A stretch of 64,000 bases of DNA, from positions 54,374,001 to 54,438,000 of the forward strand of contig CM059437.1 in the NCBI GenBank assembly GCA_030390025.1, read 5' to 3'. Origin of the DNA: Squalus acanthias. Lineage: Eukaryota. The notes below the pieces were generated by a model that worked only from the letters and a program-made list of their open reading frames with translations, was not told the DNA's origin and searched no databases. This document shows, in pieces, positions 1 to 11,474 of this stretch. Both the position numbers and the translations under genes were made by a program. Position 1 is the first letter of the stretch; each line of letters opens with the position of its first letter.

Positions 1-219
1 CTCTGCCCCAGGGAGTTGTGGAGGCTGGGTCATTTATTGTATTTAAGGTGGAGATAGACATATTTTTGAACAATATGGGAGTGATGGGTTATGGGGAGCG
101 GGCAGGGAAATGGAGCTGAGCCCAAGATCAGATCAACCATGATCTCATTAAATGGCGGGGCAGGCTCGAGGGGCCAAATTGCCTACTCCTTCTCCTATTC
201 CTTATGTTCTTATGTTCTT
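1..219 (+). mobile_element. 3' end and tail of a CR1 LINE, truncated by the window edge
   Basis: Matches the 3' ends of other CR1 copies here (e.g. 23200-23413) and ends in the (TTATGTTC)n tail. Confidence 0.75.
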
Positions 220-459
220 ATACCCACTGCAAAATCGGGGCCGTTTCACATCAATCTACAAAGCCTAAATCGTCATGGAGGATAGCATCTAACCTATTGT
301 TTTGTACTACCATACCTCAGCCTCTCGTTGGGTAAGTAGAATATCAATGCAACAGAACAATGCACAACATTACAGGTTACACACTTGCAGCCAATGTGAA
401 TGGTATTGAAGAGCGAAGGGAAGCGCTTTGAATGTTTTCTGAAAAGTACAATAATTGCG

Positions 460-1833
460 CAGCCGCATCAGTCTACGCTCAATCATCAGCAAAGTGATGG
501 AAGGTGTCGTCAACAGTGGTATCAAGTGGCACTTACTCACCAATAACCTGCTCACCGATGCTCAATTTGGGTTCTGCCAGGTCCACTCTGCTCCAGACCT
601 ATTGACAGCCTTTGTCCAATCATGGACAAAGGAGCTGAATTCGAGAGGTGAGGTGAGAGCGACTGCTCTTGACATCAAGCAGCATTTGACCGAGTGTAAC
701 ATCAAGAAGCCAGAGTAAAATTGAAGTCAATGGGAATCAATGAGAAAACTTTCCAGTGGCTGGATTCAGACCTAGCACAAAGAAAGATGGTTATGGTTGT
801 TGGAGGTCAATAATCTCAGCCCCAAGGTATCATTGCAGGAGTTCCTCAGGGCAGTGTCCTAGGCTGAACCATCTTCAGCTGCTTCATGAATGACCTTCCC
901 TCCATCTTAAGGTCACAAGTGGGGATGTTCGCTGATGATTGCACAGTGTTCAGTTCCATTCACAACTCCTCAGATAACGAAGCAGATCATGCACGAATGC
1001 AACAAGACCTGTACGACATTCAGGCTTAGTAGTTAAGTGGCAAGAAGCATTCGCGCCACACAAGTGCCAGGCAATGACTGTCTCCAACAAGGGAGCATCT
1101 AACCAGCGCCGCTTGCCATTGAATGGCATTGCCATCGCCGAATACCCCACCATCACCATCCTGGGGGATCATCATTGACCAGAAACTTAACTGGACCAGC
1201 CACATCAACACTGTAGCAACAAGAGCGGATCAGAGGCTGGGTATTCTGTGGCGACTGTCTCACCTCCTGACTCCACAAAGCCTTTCCACCATCTATAAAG
1301 CACATGTCAGGAGTGTGATGGAATACTTTCCACAAGCCAGGATGAGTGCAGCTCCAACAACTCTCAAGAAGCTCGACACCATCCAGGACAAAGCAACCCA
1401 CTTGATTGGCACCCCATGCACCACCTTAAACATTCACTCCCTCCACCACCGGCGCACCGTGGCTGCAATGTGTAGCATCTACAAGATCCATTGCTGCAGC
1501 TCGCCAAGGCTTCTTCGACAGCACCTGCCAACCCCCCGACCTCTACTACATAGAAGGACAAGGGCAGCAGGCGCATGGGAACATCATCACCTGCAAGTTC
1601 CCCTCCAAGTTACACACCATCCTGACTTGGAAATATATATCAACGTTCCTTCATCGTCGCTGGGTCAAAATCCTGGAAATTCTTCCCTAACAGAACTGTG
1701 GGAGTACCTTCCCCACAAGGACTGCAGCAGTTCACGAAGGCGGCTAAACACCACCTTCTCAAGAGCAAATAGGGATGGACAATAAATGCTGGCCTTGCCA
1801 ACGACACCCACAACCCAGGAACGAATAAAAAAA
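460..1833 (+). mobile_element. Degenerate 5'-truncated non-LTR retrotransposon (CR1/L2-group RT fragment)
   Basis: RT motifs across frames: QFGF...ALDI (455-718), GVPQGSVLG (~838-865), FADD (~928), and a C-terminal region ending LHHRR (1123-1785). Several stops and frameshifts; ends in GAATAAAAAA. Confidence 0.75.
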
Positions 1834-1911
1834 TCTATAGAAGTTGTCTGAAGGGATTGAATGTTCTTCAATGCAAGATGAAGGGCGTGATGAAGAATAC
1901 GTCAAGGACTG

Positions 1912-2620
1912 TTATGTTTGTAAATTCTCAGGGCAGGGCGTGAGAAGCCTATGAGCGGACCCCTGACATCTCGCTGCAAGGCACTGATGTGGCCCTCCTT
2001 CCTCTGCTGCTTCACCCTCCTTCCCCAGGTCTTCCTCGTCTGATGATGACTGCTGCTGGTGTTCTACCTCCTCAAAATGCAGGATTCTTTGCAATCCAAT
2101 GTTGTGCAACATGCAGCAAACCATAACAATGCCTGACACTCTATCTGAGGCAAATTGCAGTGAGCAGCCTGAGCGATCCAGTCTTCTGAACCTCTGCTTG
2201 AGCATTTCTATCGTGTGCTCTATAAGGATCCTGGTCAAACCCTTGCGTCGACTGTGTTGCTCCGGCGTGGTGGGGTTGCGGACTGATATAATGAACCAGG
2301 ACTGCAGGAGGTATTCCTTGACCCCCAGCAGCCATCCTGTCACGCTCCTCTCAGGGTTGAATAGCGGAGAGAATGGTGGAGTGGCAGCTCCCTGGGTACC
2401 TTGCACAGCGCTGCATGATGTTGTTCCAGTGATCGGCCACTCGCTGTACATTGTTAGAGTGGTACCCTTCTCTGTTGGTGAATATTGCGGTGCTCCGGTG
2501 TCCTGATGACCAAGTGTGTACTGTCAATTACGTCCTGCACGAGAGGGAAGCCAGCGACTGCCGCAAGGTCATGAGCTCTGTACTGTACTTTTGAGTTTAG
2601 TGAGAAAGGTGATGTTCTGT
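1912..2620 (-). mobile_element. PIF/Harbinger transposase remnant, C-terminal part (element A)
   Basis: ORF 1912-2451 has GWLLG..EY, IEHTIEMLKQRFRRLD and CCMLHNIGL plus an acidic tail, homologous to the transposase at 26441-27601. Confidence 0.8.
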
Positions 2621-2626
2621 TGTGTC

Positions 2627-5600
2627 TCAGAAGGGAAGGGGGGAGAGCAGGAGAGCAATAGTTATTGGGGACTCAATAGTCAGAGGGACAGATAGGAGGT
2701 TCTGTGGCAGCAAAAGAGACTCACGGATGGTATGTTGCCTCCCGGGTGCCAGGGTCCGTGACGTCTCGGACCGTGTTTTCAGAATCCTCAAAGGGGAAGG
2801 GGAACAATCACAAGTCGTGCTACACATCGGTACCAACGACATAGGTAGGAGAAGGGACGGGGATTTAAAACAGGAATTTAGGGAGCTAGGTTGGAAGCTG
2901 AGAGCCAGTACAAACCATGTTGTAATTTCTGGTTTGTTGCCGGTGCCACGTGCTAGCGAGTTGAGGAACAGGGAGAGAGTGCAGATAAACACGTGGCTGC
3001 AGGGATGGTGTAAGGGGGAGGGTTTCAGTTATGTGGATAATTGGAGCACATTCTGGGGAAGGTGGGACCTGTACAAACAGGACGGTTTGCACCTGAACCA
3101 GAGGGGCACCAATATCCTGGGAGGGAAATTTGCTACGGCTCTTCGGGGGGGTTTAAACTAATTTGTCAGGGGGATGGGAAAAAGGGCTGTAGTCCACGAG
3201 CCAGTGGTGAGTGTAGGGAGGTACTGAGGAGGGTATCAAGGTCGCAGGAATGTACCGGCAGACAGGAAGATGGCTTGAAGTGTGTCTACTTCAATGCAAG
3301 GAGCATCCGGAATAAGGTAGGAGAACTTGGAGCGTGGATTGGTACTTGGGACTACGATGTGGTGGCCATTACGGAGACATGGTTAGAACAGGGACAGGAA
3401 TGGTTGTTGGAAGTTCCGGGGTATAGATGTTTCAGTAAGAGTAGGGAAGTCGGTAAGAAAGGTGGAGGAGTAGCATTGTTAATCAAGGATAGTTTAACAG
3501 CGACAGAAAGGCAGTTCGAGGGGGATCTGCCGTCTGAGGTAATATGGGCTGAAGTTAGAAATAGGAAAGGAGCGGTCACGTTGTTAGGAGTTTTCTACAG
3601 GCCCCCAAATAGTAATAAAGATGTGGAGGAAGAAATTGCAAAGCAGATTATGAATAGGTGTGGAGGTCACAGAGTAGTTGTCATGGGTGACTTCAACTTT
3701 CCAAATATTGATTGGAACCTTTATAGGTCAAACAGTTCGGATGGGATAGTTTTTGCACAGCGTGTGCAGGAGGGTTTCCTGACACAATATGTGGATAGGC
3801 CGACAAGAGGTGGGGCCACGTTGGATTTGGTACTGGGTAATGAACCGGGCCAAGTGTTTGATTTGTATGTGGGAGAGCACTTTGGAGATAGTGACCACAA
3901 TTCGGTAACTTTCACTATTGCAATGGAGAGGGATAGGGCCATACGGCAGGGCAGGGTTTATAATTGGGGGAGGGGTAATTATGATGCGATTAGGCAAGAA
4001 TTAGGGAGTATAAGATGGGAACAGAAACTATCAGGGAAAGGCACAAACGAAAAGTGGAGCTTTTTCATGGAGCAATTACTGCGTGTCCTTGATAGGTATG
4101 TCCCTGTCAGGCAGGGAGGAAATGGCAGAGTGAGAGAACCATGGTTCACAAAAGAGGTTGAATGTCTAGTCAAGAGGAAAAAGGAAGCGTATGTAAGGAT
4201 GAGAAAACAAGGTTCAGTTGGGTCGATTGAGGGGTACAAGGTAGCAAGGAATGAGCTAAAAAAAAGAGCTTAGGAGAGCTAGGAGGGGGCATGAGAAGTC
4301 CTTGGCGGGTCGGATCAAGAAAAACCCCAAGGCTTTTTACTCTTATGTGAGAAATAAAAGAATGACCAGGGTGAGGGTAGGGCCGGTCAAGGACAGTAGT
4401 GGGAACTTGTGCATGGAGTCAGAAGAGATAGGAGAGGTGATGAATGAATACTTTTCGTCAGTGTTCACCGAGGAGAGGGGCCATGTTCTTGAGGATGAGA
4501 GTGTGATAAAGGTGGATAGGCTGGAGGTGGTAGATGTTCTGAGGGAAGATGTTTTAGCAATATTGAAGAACCTGAGGGTCGATAAGTCCCCTGGGCCAGA
4601 TGGGATATATCCTAGGATTCTTTGGGAGGCAAGGGAGTAGATTGCAGAGCCTCTGGCTTTGATCTTTGGGTCCTCACTGTCCACGGGGATGGTGCCAGAG
4701 GACTGGAGAGTGGCGAATGTTGTTCCTCTCTTCAAGAAAGGAAATAGGAATGACCCTGGTAATTATAGGCCGGTTAGTCTTACTTCGGTGGTTGGTAAGA
4801 TAATGGAAAAGGTCCTGAGGGATAGGATTTATGACCATTTGGAAAGGGGCAACTTAATCAGGGATAGTCAACACGGATTCGTGAAGGGTAAGTCTTGCCT
4901 AACAAATTTGATTGAATTCTTTGAGGAGGTAACTAAGTGTGTAGATGAAGGTAGAGCAGTTGATGTCGTATACATGGATTTTAGTAAGGCGTTTGATAAG
5001 GTTCCCCATGGTCGTCTCATGAAGAAAGTAAGGAGTTGTGGGATAGAGGGAAATTTGGCCGATTGGATAAGTAACTGGCTATCTCATAGAAGGCAGAGGG
5101 TGGTGGTGGATGGAACATTTTCGGACTGGAGACCAGTTACCAGCGGTGTGCCACAGGGGTCGGTGCTGGGTCCTCTGCTGTTTGTGATTTTTATCAATGA
5201 CTTGGAGGAGGGGACTGAAGGGTGGATCAGTAAATTTGCTGATGACACCAAGATTGGTGGAGTAGTGGATGAGGTGGAGGGCAGTTGTAGGCTGCAAAGA
5301 GACATTGATAGGATGCAGAGCTGGGCCGAAAAATGGCAGATGGAATTTAACCCTGATAAGTGCGAGGTGATTCATTTTGGTAGGGCAAATTTGAATAAGG
5401 ATTACAGGGTCAACGGCAGGGTTCTGAGGAACGTGGAGGAGCAGAGGGATCTGGGGGTTCATATCCACAGATATCTGAAGGTTGCCACTCAAGTGGATAG
5501 AGCAGTAAAGAAGGCCTATGGTGTGTTGGCGTTTATTAACAGAGGGTTTGAGTTTAAGAACCGTGAGGTTATGCTGCAACTGTACAGGACCTTGGTGAGA

Positions 5601-6144
5601 CCACATTTGGAATATTGTTTGCAGTTCTGGTCACCTCACTATAGGAAGGACGTGGAAGCATTGGAAAGAGTGCAAAGGAGATTTACCAGGATGCTGCCTG
5701 GTTTGGGGGGGAGGTCTTATGAGGAAAGATTGAGGGAGTTGGGGCTTTTCTCTTTAGAGCGGAGGAGGATGAGAGGCGACTTAATAGAGGTTTATAAGAT
5801 GATGAGGGGGATAGATAGAGTGGATGTTCAGAGACTATTTCCTCGGGTAGAGGCAGCTGTTACAAGGGGGCATAACTATAAGGTGCATGGGGGGAGATAT
5901 AGAAGGGATGTCCGAGGTAGATTCTTTACTCAGAGAGTGGTTGGGGTGTGGAATGGACTGCCTGCTGTGATAGTGGAGTCGGACACTTTAGGAACTTTCA
6001 AGCGGTTATTGGATAAGCACATGGAGCACACCAGAGTGATAGGGAGTGTGATAGCTTGATCTTGGTCTCGGACAATGCTCGGCACAACATCGAGGGCCGA
6101 AGGGCCTGTACTGTGCTGTAATGTTCTATGTTCTATGTTCTATG
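2627..6144 (+). mobile_element. Large CR1 LINE (ORF1 SGNH-esterase part plus ORF2 APE-RT), inserted into Harbinger element A
   Basis: ORF1 GDSIVRG/GTNDI/DGLHLN (2622-3161). ORF2 endonuclease YFNARS, ITETW, GDFN, SDH; RT QHGF, GVPQGSVLGP, FADD (4659-6059). Frameshift in the A-run near 4258-4265, TAG at 4638-4640, (ATGTTCT)n tail to ~6144. Confidence 0.95.
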
Positions 6145-6148
6145 TGTC

Positions 6149-6520
6149 CTGGCAAAGTGGGTGTTAGGCATCTGCTTTATGCAGTTCTGAACTGCAGACA
6201 GCAAAATACGGCTGAAGTCCGTTGTTGCAAACTGAAAGGGTCCAGTGGCGTAAAAACTCAGGGCCGTGGTGACTTTGAGGGCCACTGACAAGGCATGCAC
6301 CGCCCCCCCCCCCCCCCCCCCCCCCCCGGTCCAGCAGGCAGCAGGTCATGTTGCAGGACGTTCCAGAGATCTACGAAAGCCTGCTTGGAGAACCACAGAC
6401 TGCTGATGCACTGCTCTTTAGATTGGTCCAGGAAGGTGACTCTTGACCTGTACATATTGTGTGCTGGGTATGGCCTCCTGCTTACAGCTCCCTCGCCTAA
6501 TTTAAGCAATGGTGTTTACA
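6149..6520 (-). mobile_element. PIF/Harbinger transposase remnant, N-terminal part (element A)
   Basis: ORF 6258-6509 RRPYP..MYR..FLDQSKEQC..LWFSKQ..VDL..LQHDL resembles the N-terminus of the transposase at 26522-26700. Confidence 0.7.
6303..6327. repeat. Poly-C homopolymer (25 nt)
   Basis: Seen directly. Confidence 0.9.
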
Positions 6521-9194
6521 CTTACTTTGGCAATCCTCCTGATAACACAGTACTCTTCCTTGTTTGTTTCCAGTCCATTCCCTCCTGGCTACCTCCATCC
6601 AAACTGCCTTGACCTCTGCTTTGGCAGAAGAATGGTCTTTTGTTGTAAAGATGGCTACAGTCATTTGCTGCATCTCCTGCAGCAGCACCTTCATTTATGT
6701 TGGCGTGCACCTCTAGGTACTTTAAGCTAAGTTCACAACAGTTCTTCTCCAACATGCCAAACTTTCAGCACCCTGGCATCTTCCTGGCGAATCTGCACTT
6801 TATGTTCTCTCTGTCTTTAATATAATCAGACATCCAAAACTACTCACAGTGCTCTAATTTTTCCCTTACCATTGCCTTGTACGAATTTATCATTCGCTCT
6901 TTTCCCTTGACACAGCTAAAACATGGAACTCAGCATTAGGATTGTGGGTGCAGACACACCATCTACCATATGGTGGTGCAACGGATTGAAATTGCTTACA
7001 AAGTGGCTTTAACAATCGAGTATTTGACAGAACACAGGATAGGGAGCTGAAGGTATTGATGGATGTAATGCGTGATTCTTCGACCTGACACTCCCATTGG
7101 GGAAAAAGCACTCACAGAGAGTGCATTCAGGGGCACACCATAATTCAAATAAAAGCCCTTTATCCAGGAAGCACTTCATTGTGCGGCAATCCATGTGCTA
7201 ACATTATATCAAATGAATGGATGGAAAAGCATGTGCTATACACCCGGGATTTCTTGACATACGCTGCCCACTAGCACTGTTCCCCACTCTGAACGCGGAT
7301 ATGGAATTACCCATTATGTTCCTTCAGACATTGGGTCATATAAGTGTGAGTTGTATGGGTTAGCTATGACCAATCATGCTCACATGGAGCTTCCTTCATT
7401 GCCTTTGGGAATTGGTCAGGAATTTCGCAGTTTTTTCCTGAAATTGACTGCAGGCTTTTTTCTCTGTGTTGTTGCCTCCTCCAGGATTTACCATTACTAC
7501 AGGTTGAAAATATGCTGCACAGTCTGCATGTTCCAATGGATAGAGTGAGCATTGATTGGCATGATGCTCCTCTATTGTCTGTTTTGTTGGCCCGGAATTT
7601 GTGTTCGGGATGATGACGAACTGGCAGCGTTCGCCCTCATTCCGCCTTTGAAACTGACCGCAACTTGGGGATTTGGCTCATGCGGAAATCCCAAAGTCAT
7701 GGTCAGTCATTGAGAGCTCCGAAACGGTTCCACCTCGGAGAAGCACTAGAATAGGAGAAAAAAGGCACGTTTAAATACAAAGGGGAAGCACGGTGTGAAG
7801 GAGTAGGATGACTAATTATCTCTCTGGAAGTGGTTGCAGTAAAACAGAAGATGCACTTATCTCGTCCCCAATTATCTATTGTAGGGACAAAAGGCGCAAA
7901 GTGATTTTATTCTTTAATTTTTCTAAATGCCTTTTTATCTCTACACGATTTAAAAATTATATTTAATTAAATTTGTTCGTTATCCTAATGAGAAACTGCA
8001 GGCATAAACGATGGCTTTGTAAATAACGCAATAATTTATTATGTACAATATCAGGACATGGAATTTAATAACTGCCTTCTTAGTACACTACAGCTGCCCT
8101 AAATAGACTGAGATCTCAAAATGACGAAAGCAAAACATGGAATAACGTTATTAACACTCTAGCACATAATAAATAACAGATAATACATAACGACAGCGTC
8201 GTAATTTTTAATATCCAGAAATTAGCAATTGACATGAGGCCCAGCAATATATCTGTTGAGAAATTACATAGAATGTACAGCACAGAAACAGGCCATTCGG
8301 CCCAAACAGTCCATGTCGGCGTTTCTGCTCCCCTCGAGCCTCCTCCCATGCTTCCTCATCTAACTTTATCAGCATAACCCTTTATTCCCTGGTCCTTCAT
8401 ATGCTTATCTAGCTTCCCCTTAAATGCGTCTATATTATTCGTGGGTCCTCATATAAAACTGTGAAAAATAGTGGCGATTGCGTTTTCGACAAGGGTATTG
8501 GGCATCAACGTGCTAAATACTGTACCGATGTTCATCATTTCCCTTCCTGAAGGTGTTGGTACTGAGGTTAGGGGCCTGCATGACCATATGCTTGACATCA
8601 ATGATGTTCTGCACACTGCAAAATCCAGGCAGTGAGGAAGAGTTCACGACTCTTTTCCACGCCTCGTTTCCATGCGGGGGTTTGACAAAGTAATTGGGCC
8701 GGACAACCAAGTGGTTTGTATCTTGCATGTTGCTGATGTGAGTTCCAAGTTGGGCGATTTTTCATATATCTCTTTTTGCTGCTTGAAAGGATCCAGGAGT
8801 ATAATTACGTACGGCAGAGGGCACCTTTGATTTAACCGTCACTGTCCTGGATCAGTTTCTACGTTTAGCTTCAGGGTGTTGCAAAGTTTCCTTGTGGCCT
8901 CTTTAGGGAATAATAAACTTCAGTTGCAACATTCCTGTAACATAATGATTGTCTTGTCCTCTAAATTGGACTAGGTCCTATTAGATGCTCGGAGGTGCCA
9001 GTACACTGTATTTCATGCCTCATTAGAGGATGGAAGTTATCATAATTACAATGTATAACATTACAGCTCCATAGCTCTATCGATATTTCAGAGTATCTAT
9101 ACGTTCGGGCTACTGTTAAAATGTATTCCAAGGTAAAAATATTTTAATGAGTTGTACTAGATTAAATAATAATATAAGGGGCAAGACACTGAAT

Positions 9195-9650
9195 ATGTGT
9201 GCATCTGTGCATGGGTGGGCGTGGGGGACGGGTGGGGCAGTGTGTGAGGTGTGATGCGTGTGTTAGGGGCAGGGTATGTGAGTGGGTGTGTGTGGGGAGA
9301 GTGTGTGTGTGGGGTGGAGTGTGGGGGGAGGTGGTGTGTGTGGGGTGGTGTGTGTGCGGGGTGATGTGTGTGGTGTGGTGTGTTTGGAGGTTGTGGTGTA
9401 TGAAGGGGTCAGGGGTATGTGGGGAGGATGTGTGTGGGGGTAGTGGTGATGTGTGCGGATTGGTGTGTGTGTGCGGGAGTGTTGTGTGTGGGGAGGTGGT
9501 GTGTGCGGGTTGGTGTGTGGGGGGTGGGGTTTGGTGTGTGTGGGGCGGGGGTGGGGGTGGTGTCTGTGGGGAGTGGTGTGTGTGGGGAGTGGTGTGTGTG
9601 GAGCCGAGGGTGTGTGTGTGTGGGTGGCGTGGGCATGTCAGTGTGTGGAT
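9195..9650. repeat. G/GT-rich low-complexity tract upstream of cluster 1
   Basis: Degenerate (GT)n/GGGG repeats; paralogous tracts at 31975-32235 and 59090-59340. Confidence 0.9.
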
Positions 9651-10793
9651 GACGGGATGTCCACTTAACCCATCTGTCCTGGGTATCGAACAGCGAACAG
9701 CGGAACCTCTTGCCTGTACAGAAAGGATAAAGAAATGAAATATTCAACACTTGCCAGATGATTAAGAAATGTTATCGTGAACTGTTATGGGGTTCATTGA
9801 TGAAATAATTTAATGTTTGGATAATAAAAGAGTCGCTCCATTTGGGAGACTTCCCGTTCTGTTTCCTACATCATAGAAAGAGCAGCAGAGAAAAGGGCGC
9901 AATTAAATGCCCATCTCTGGTTAACTGCTCTAAATAGCAACGACTTACTTCAATATCATTCTTGACGCCCAATGTAAACGAAACCTGTTGGCTCACATCA
10001 TTCACGCTCTTCTGCGCCATGAAGCAAGTTAATCCTCAATGCGCCTCTACAGTATGTACCAGTTCGCGCTCACAGACCATCGCCTGCCGGGAGCGCGGGT
10101 AGTACAATCTACCCTCTGTGCGATTCCGAGGTCTCTATAATGAGCGATAATATTGATGCCAAACTCCCTCTATAAAAACGCTCCCCTTTAAAACATGAAA
10201 TAAAAAGCTGCAGTTTTTAAAGCTACTTTGGGAGAACTAGTTTATGGAATTTTATCAAGTATTGTTTATTGACGTTTTTGGATTTTAAAAATGAGTTCTT
10301 CGTGGGCGATGAATGTTAAAAATGGAAGAAAAATGAAATCACTAACGCTTGTGCTCAGAGAAGAATAAGGAGATATGCTATATGGCACATTCTCTGCTCG
10401 CAGCTTCCAGTTGACTTGGCGCAGTGGTTGAATCACTGTAGCTTGATATCTCTTTCGATTGAACAATAATCAATTCTTCAAAGACGCATTGAGTCAAATT
10501 GCTCTGTGCAGTTTTGCTATATCTACCTTTCAGGTTTGCACGAAATTCAATTGGCCTTCATTTTAACAGACTTTAAATAGCGTAATGTCTCTGTTAAACA
10601 GCAGCCAATGGAATTTCACATTAACTCATTCAGCGTCCCCATGCTAAGAGGGACAACATAATTTCACCTCAACTGTTTCTGCATGTCGTGACCGAGTCGA
10701 GTATTTCAACAATATATTGGCTAAAATTCACTTTAGACAAACGTCAATCAGACCACTTCCAAGGATCCAATAAACGGCCGCAACGTGACAGAA

Positions 10794-10801
10794 ATTTGCA
10801 T
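10794..10801 (+). promoter_or_regulatory. Ig light-chain promoter octamer ATTTGCAT (cluster 1)
   Basis: Perfect octamer ~130 bp upstream of the leader ATG, followed by AT-rich AAATATTAAA and preceded by CCAAT. Confidence 0.85.
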
Positions 10802-10926
10802 AAATATTAAATGCGACGCGATAGCCCCCTGTGTAAATGCTCTTAAGGAGAAGTTTAGAAGGTGCCGCATCATTAGGTTCGACCAGGGAAACATTTTGCT
10901 CTGATCTTGTTAAAAAAATCTGCAAA

Positions 10927-10975
10927 ATGAGTGAGTGGCTTCGTGTTCTCGCCGCCCTGATGTTCTGTTTGCAAT
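10927..10975 (+). CDS. IGL: Ig light chain cluster 1 leader exon (MSEWLRVLAALMFCLQ + 1 nt)
   Basis: Hydrophobic signal peptide; phase-1 GTAAGT donor at 10976; conserved in all three clusters. Confidence 0.9.
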
Positions 10976-11123
10976 GTAAGTCGAGTGCTGTAAAAGTCTT
11001 CAATATTCCTGCTCTTTGTATTACGCTGATCGGGTGCTGTACTTGAGCTTCACCGGTCTGAATTGCAATTATTTTCCACGATTTTACTGAAGGTCACTTG
11101 TTAATAACTTTTTATTTCTCCAG

Positions 11124-11474
11124 GTACCAACGCGGGTATTGTGCTGACTCAGCCACCGTCCATCTCAACTTCACTGGAAAAATCCGTCACAATCACTTGC
11201 ACCCTGTCCGGAGGCAGCATGTGCAGCTACTACACGAGCTGGTACTGGCAGAAACCCGGCAGTGCCCCTGCCTTTGTTTGGAGCGACTATGATTCGAGCA
11301 GAGGTTCGGGGATTCCTGATCGATTCACTGGATCCAGGGACACGTCGTGCAACGTCATGCATTTAACCATCAGCAATTTACAATCCGGGGATGCCGCCGA
11401 TTATTACTGTGGTGCCTGGGATTACACTGTTGGTGGATTCACTTTCGGGACAGGAACTGAACTGAATCTGGGCA
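11124..11474 (+). CDS. IGL: Ig lambda-type (elasmobranch type II) fused VJ exon, cluster 1
   Basis: TTTCTCCAG acceptor; IVLTQPPS..ITCTLSG..WYWQKPGSAP..GIPDRFTGS..DAADYYC runs directly into FGTGTELNLG; GTAAGT donor at 11475; no RSS between V and J. Confidence 0.95.

Noticed and set aside
6303-6327. Poly-Gly/poly-Pro coding tract
   Set aside because: Homopolymer inside a dead transposase; its length is also error-prone in sequencing.
6700-7560. Cys-rich short ORFs as a possible gene or transposase remnant
   Set aside because: No motif I can recognise and many stops; needs tblastx or HMM search.
9199-9750. Cys/Val/Gly-rich and His/Thr/Pro-rich ORFs
   Set aside because: Translations of the GT-rich repeat, not genes.
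11124-11474. Somatically rearranged or retroposed VJ
   Set aside because: Leader intron, J-C intron and promoter are retained, and three paralogs share the fused layout, including a decayed one, which fits inherited germline joining.
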